Notes under the pieces: model-generated | The model's database searches: none | What the model was told of the DNA's origin: nothing | The model's input: only the letters and a program-made list of their open reading frames with translations | Translations under genes and position numbers: made by a program | Source of the DNA: Phoronis australis | Lineage: Eukaryota; Animalia; Phoronida | Assembly: GCA_002633005.1 (NCBI GenBank) | Contig: NMRA01000281.1 | Span: 203,123-267,122 of the forward strand | DNA length: 64,000 bases | Direction: 5' to 3' | In this document: one piece after another, positions 60,316-64,000 of the stretch | How positions within the stretch are numbered: position 1 is the first letter of the stretch | How the letters are laid out: every line of letters starts with the position of its first letter

Positions 60316-61501
60316 ATATTTGTCAACCCCCAGGTCAAGTCACCTACACTAGGCTGACTTCACCTCACCTGGAGAGACTCAACATTGTTTATGTAGTAAA
60401 TATCAGTGGTCTCCAAGGCATTATTTATGAAAGGCTTAGCTAGTGTTGAATCTACACCCAGAGGCAGTCTACAGACAAGGGACCAACTTGGGTGTGGCCA
60501 TGGTGTGCCAATTGTTTAACCAGTACAGTGCAAGCAAAAAGTATTCAGACAATATGACCAGGAATATCCAATCATTTCCACTGGACAGAAGCCCAATTCA
60601 CTGGCATCTGGTAGTCTTCCTTCCAGAATGATGGTGAATTAACAGGAAAGTAACAATGGTGGCCAAGCCATTCTGTAATTACAATTTTGCCATCCTAATA
60701 GTTATTACGAGTCATTTTTGCTGTTAACAGGATTGGCCGTCATGAGGGGAAAGGGTGTTTGTCTGATTACTTTTGTCTTGTACTGTACATGCCACTATTG
60801 ACTTCCAATACAAAATGTAGGCAGGACTGCAGTCTCTGCTCTAAAGACAGAATCCAAAAGGGTAAAGGGCTCTCACCAGCTTATTCCATCAAAAATCACT
60901 TGAGAGCAATGAATGAAAAAATTTGAAGATTTTACATACATCCATAAAAATTTTTCAGGATCTGAGGGCAGAAAAAAAGAGTTTCACTGCATGACATTTC
61001 TTAAATATTCCGGTAAAATTTGTACTTAATAAAACGGTCAACAGACAACATACTTACAATACATCCATGCGCAAGCTTTTAAAAGTGACCATTTTGGCAA
61101 CTGTTCCCATCCCAACCCAAGTATTTTTAGCAAATTACAGACTGTCTGAGCTCCACCACCAGTCTTGTCTAAATAGCTACCGTAAATGCGATGTCAGGTT
61201 TACCAACAACATTAGCATTGCTAATTTCGCTGTTTCACACTGTCACCATAGCAAGCTTAGCAACACCACCACCAAATTAGTTGGACAACACCACTTCATT
61301 AGCTGACTTTCAGCTATTGTGCAATTGGTGCTAAAATCAAAATCCCCAACGATATTGTTCGTATCAAACTAAAATGGCATTATTTTTCATAGCTTCACAC
61401 TCGTCTGAGTGATTTTAAGTTTCTCCTTTTTGTCCTTGGTTTATAATAATCTTCAGTTATAACAAAATAATTCTCTGTTCTCTCCAAAATGTGACAACAA
61501 A

Positions 61502-62229
61502 TTAGCCTACAGTCCTCTGTCCTAACCACTCTTCTGGGCTCTAAAAACTACGGAAAAAATCTTGTTTGGAAGTCTTTAAATTTTGGGACACTGAAATTCA
61601 AGCTGAAACAACTGCATTTTCTTGATTCTGAAGATTTGAGGCACGGGAAATTTTGAATTCTTAAATTTAGGACACTGCGCTTTGCAAAAACAGAATCTGA
61701 AAATCTTTTTGATTGTTGAATATAGCCGCTAACATGTTTTCATACATCCCCAAAGTGTGAAATATCAAGCTGAATGATTTTTGTCCCTGATTTTAATTTG
61801 GAACAGTCAATACTGCCTATTTCTAAAATTTGGTACAAGGTCCGACTTTGTAGAAATTTTACCANACTAGCCTACAGTCCTCTGTCCTAACCACTCTTCT
61901 GGGCTCTAAAAACTACGGAAAAAATCTCGTTTGGAAGTCTTTAAATTTTGGGACACTGAAATTCAAGCTGAAACAACTGCATTTTCTTGATTCTGAAGAT
62001 TTGAGGCACGGGAAATTTTGAATTCTTAAATTTAGGACACTGCGCTTTGCAAAAACAGAATCTGAAAATCTTTTTGATTGTTGAATATAGCCGCTAACAT
62101 GTTTTCATACATCCCCAAAGTGTGAAATATCAAGCTGAATGATTTTTGTCCCTGATTTTAATTTGGAACAGTCAATACTGCCTATTTCTAAAATTTGGTA
62201 CAAGGTCCGACTTTGTAGAAATTTTACCA
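61502..62229 (+). repeat. Tandem duplication of about 365 bp across the N at 61865; probable contig-overlap artefact
   Basis: tagcctacagtcctctgtcc...gaaattttacca is repeated almost identically on both sides of the N. Confidence 0.9.
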
Positions 62230-62889
62230 TAAAATTATGTTAATCACAAACTGGGTGAAATGGAGTCTAAAACATGTCGACTCTCTATCTCCGATTATTC
62301 ATACAAGGCCTGAATATTTTTTTCAGGAATAGTCTTTTTACATTTATATAAAAGTCTATGTAATACACAATAACTGGAGTTATGCCCACAAACCACAAGA
62401 CATGTAAAAAATAAAGTAATATTTGCAGAAAAGAACTAATCTTTCCCCAACCACCATACAAACTTATGTTCACAACAGTATTACCTCCTGTGAATGGAAT
62501 AAACATAAATACAACAGCAAGCAAAGTGAGTCTGAGTGGGTTTCCCACAAGGTGACCTGAACTGTCAATGTGAATAGTTGACCTTGAACCCCTAGACAAT
62601 GCTTTGGGTGGGGTGGACACTGTGAGTAAGGTAAACTATATTAGTGCCAAACTATATTACTGCCATTAAACTACAAAAGTTGACATGGATCAGCTGACAG
62701 CGCAAGTATGTGTGTAAACGGGACTGAACTGGAGCTAATTGACATTGCGGTGACAACTTTTGCCACCCGTTTGTGAGGTAGAGCAATTTGTGCTAGAACA
62801 TCTTGCTCCGTGTCAATTATGTGTCTAAATGCGAAACTGGGGCAAGGTGGAAAGAATCATCTCTACTGCGCTTGTGTAATGACCTAAAT

Positions 62890-63522
62890 ACATAATAGAT
62901 AACATAATAGATGCTAGAAACAAACTATTTGAATACGCAAAACATGATTGGGCTGAATCTGTTGTAACTAAACCCAAGTTAAGAACCTACATTTTATTTA
63001 AGCACAAGCTTTTAACTGAGCCGTATGTAAAGATTAATTTATCTCGTTCCAAGCGATCTCTTCTGGCTCAACTTAGAGCAGGAAATCTCCCATTGCACTA
63101 GGAAACTGGTCGTTATGTAAACACTCCTGTAAGTGAAAGACTTTGCTTGTGCTGTGATTCTGGTTCTGTGGAGGTTGAGCTACATTTTGTGTTTGATTGT
63201 TCTCTTTATAACTCACAGAGGTCTATTCTGTTTAATAATGTTTCACTTCAAATCCCGAACTTTGTAGATTTCAGTAGATTAGATACCTTAAAACTGCTAT
63301 TTCAGTATTTCCCTACGCAATTTGCCAAATATATCAAGTCTGCTTTTGAACTTAGAAACCGACGCATTTATGGTATACCTACATCTGAGTTGTGTGGTTA
63401 AAGTGACTAATAAGCCCAACTGGGCTGGGTACTTAATATCTTTCTTACGAATGTTATACGTATAACTGTTTGATTTAATTGTACTTGTCACTATCATAAA
63501 TAAATACTACTACTACTACTAC
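62890..63522 (+). mobile_element. 5'-truncated non-LTR retrotransposon remnant (ORF2 C-terminus, 3' UTR, (TAC)n tail)
   Basis: One frame reads WAESVVTKPKLRTYILFK...LAQLRAGNLPLH*ETGRY...RLCLCCDSGSVEVELHFVFDCSLY (CCHC finger), with an in-frame TAG at 63099. It ends in AATAAA followed by tactactactac. Confidence 0.88.
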
Positions 63523-64000
63523 AGGTTCTCTGTCTCTTCAACTCCTGTCATTTGTAAACCTGCGCATGTGTGATCCACTCTTCAGCCTGCAATTTCCGTT
63601 TTGCCACAGTTACTAAGTTGTGTGTGTAAATGGACACTAGACACCGATCAATTTGCTCCGTGTCAGTTGCGCCGGGGCAAAAGTTGATGTCTAAACAGGA
63701 CTATTGCTAGGTGGATTCAAAGGAATGTCTGCACTGTCTAAGCACACTCATTGATCCTTTATTTAAATGTGACACAAAATGGGCTGTGGGTAAAGAACAA
63801 CTATATTGTATGAAAAAGCTAGCAGTAAGGTTAAACTTTGTGGAAAAATCTACAGCATTGGTAAAGGACTGTGTTCTTCAATGGAGAGGTAATAAAATCT
63901 GGGTGCTGAAGGATAGTAGGTAGCGTATGGGGAGAGACAGATGTGACAGCATACTCTCCCTGGACACCAGCGCCTATGGCAGCTCTGCACCAATCCCATT

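Noticed and set aside
61502-62229. Real recent segmental duplication
   Set aside because: Near-identical copies meet at a single N, typical of an unmerged contig overlap.
57670-64000. Upstream GMDS exons (ITGITGQDG, VHG..RRSSSFNT)
   Set aside because: No match found by manual scanning. They are probably beyond the window, but a short exon could have been missed.

Overview
AT-rich eukaryotic genomic DNA, most likely from an invertebrate bilaterian (inference; the species cannot be identified from the sequence). Two genes are supported, both on the minus strand. One is an intronless forkhead gene of the FoxL1 class (17773-18798) with a TATA/Inr core promoter. The other is the 3' part of GMDS (GDP-mannose 4,6-dehydratase), with seven coding exons between 35931 and 57442; its 5' exons were not found and probably lie right of the window. 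The FoxL1-GMDS linkage matches the edge of the ancient FoxQ1-FoxF-FoxC-FoxL1 cluster. The rest is non-coding: MITEs, LINE remnants, a tRNA-like repeat family, mini- and microsatellites, and two N-joined tandem duplications that look like assembly artefacts. Notable signals are a CpG-rich to CpG-poor switch near the GMDS 3' end, MITE-borne CTCF-like motifs at that switch, inverted repeats bracketing an in-frame GMDS exon pair, and an intronic pre-miRNA-like hairpin. I found no convincing wholly new biological system.
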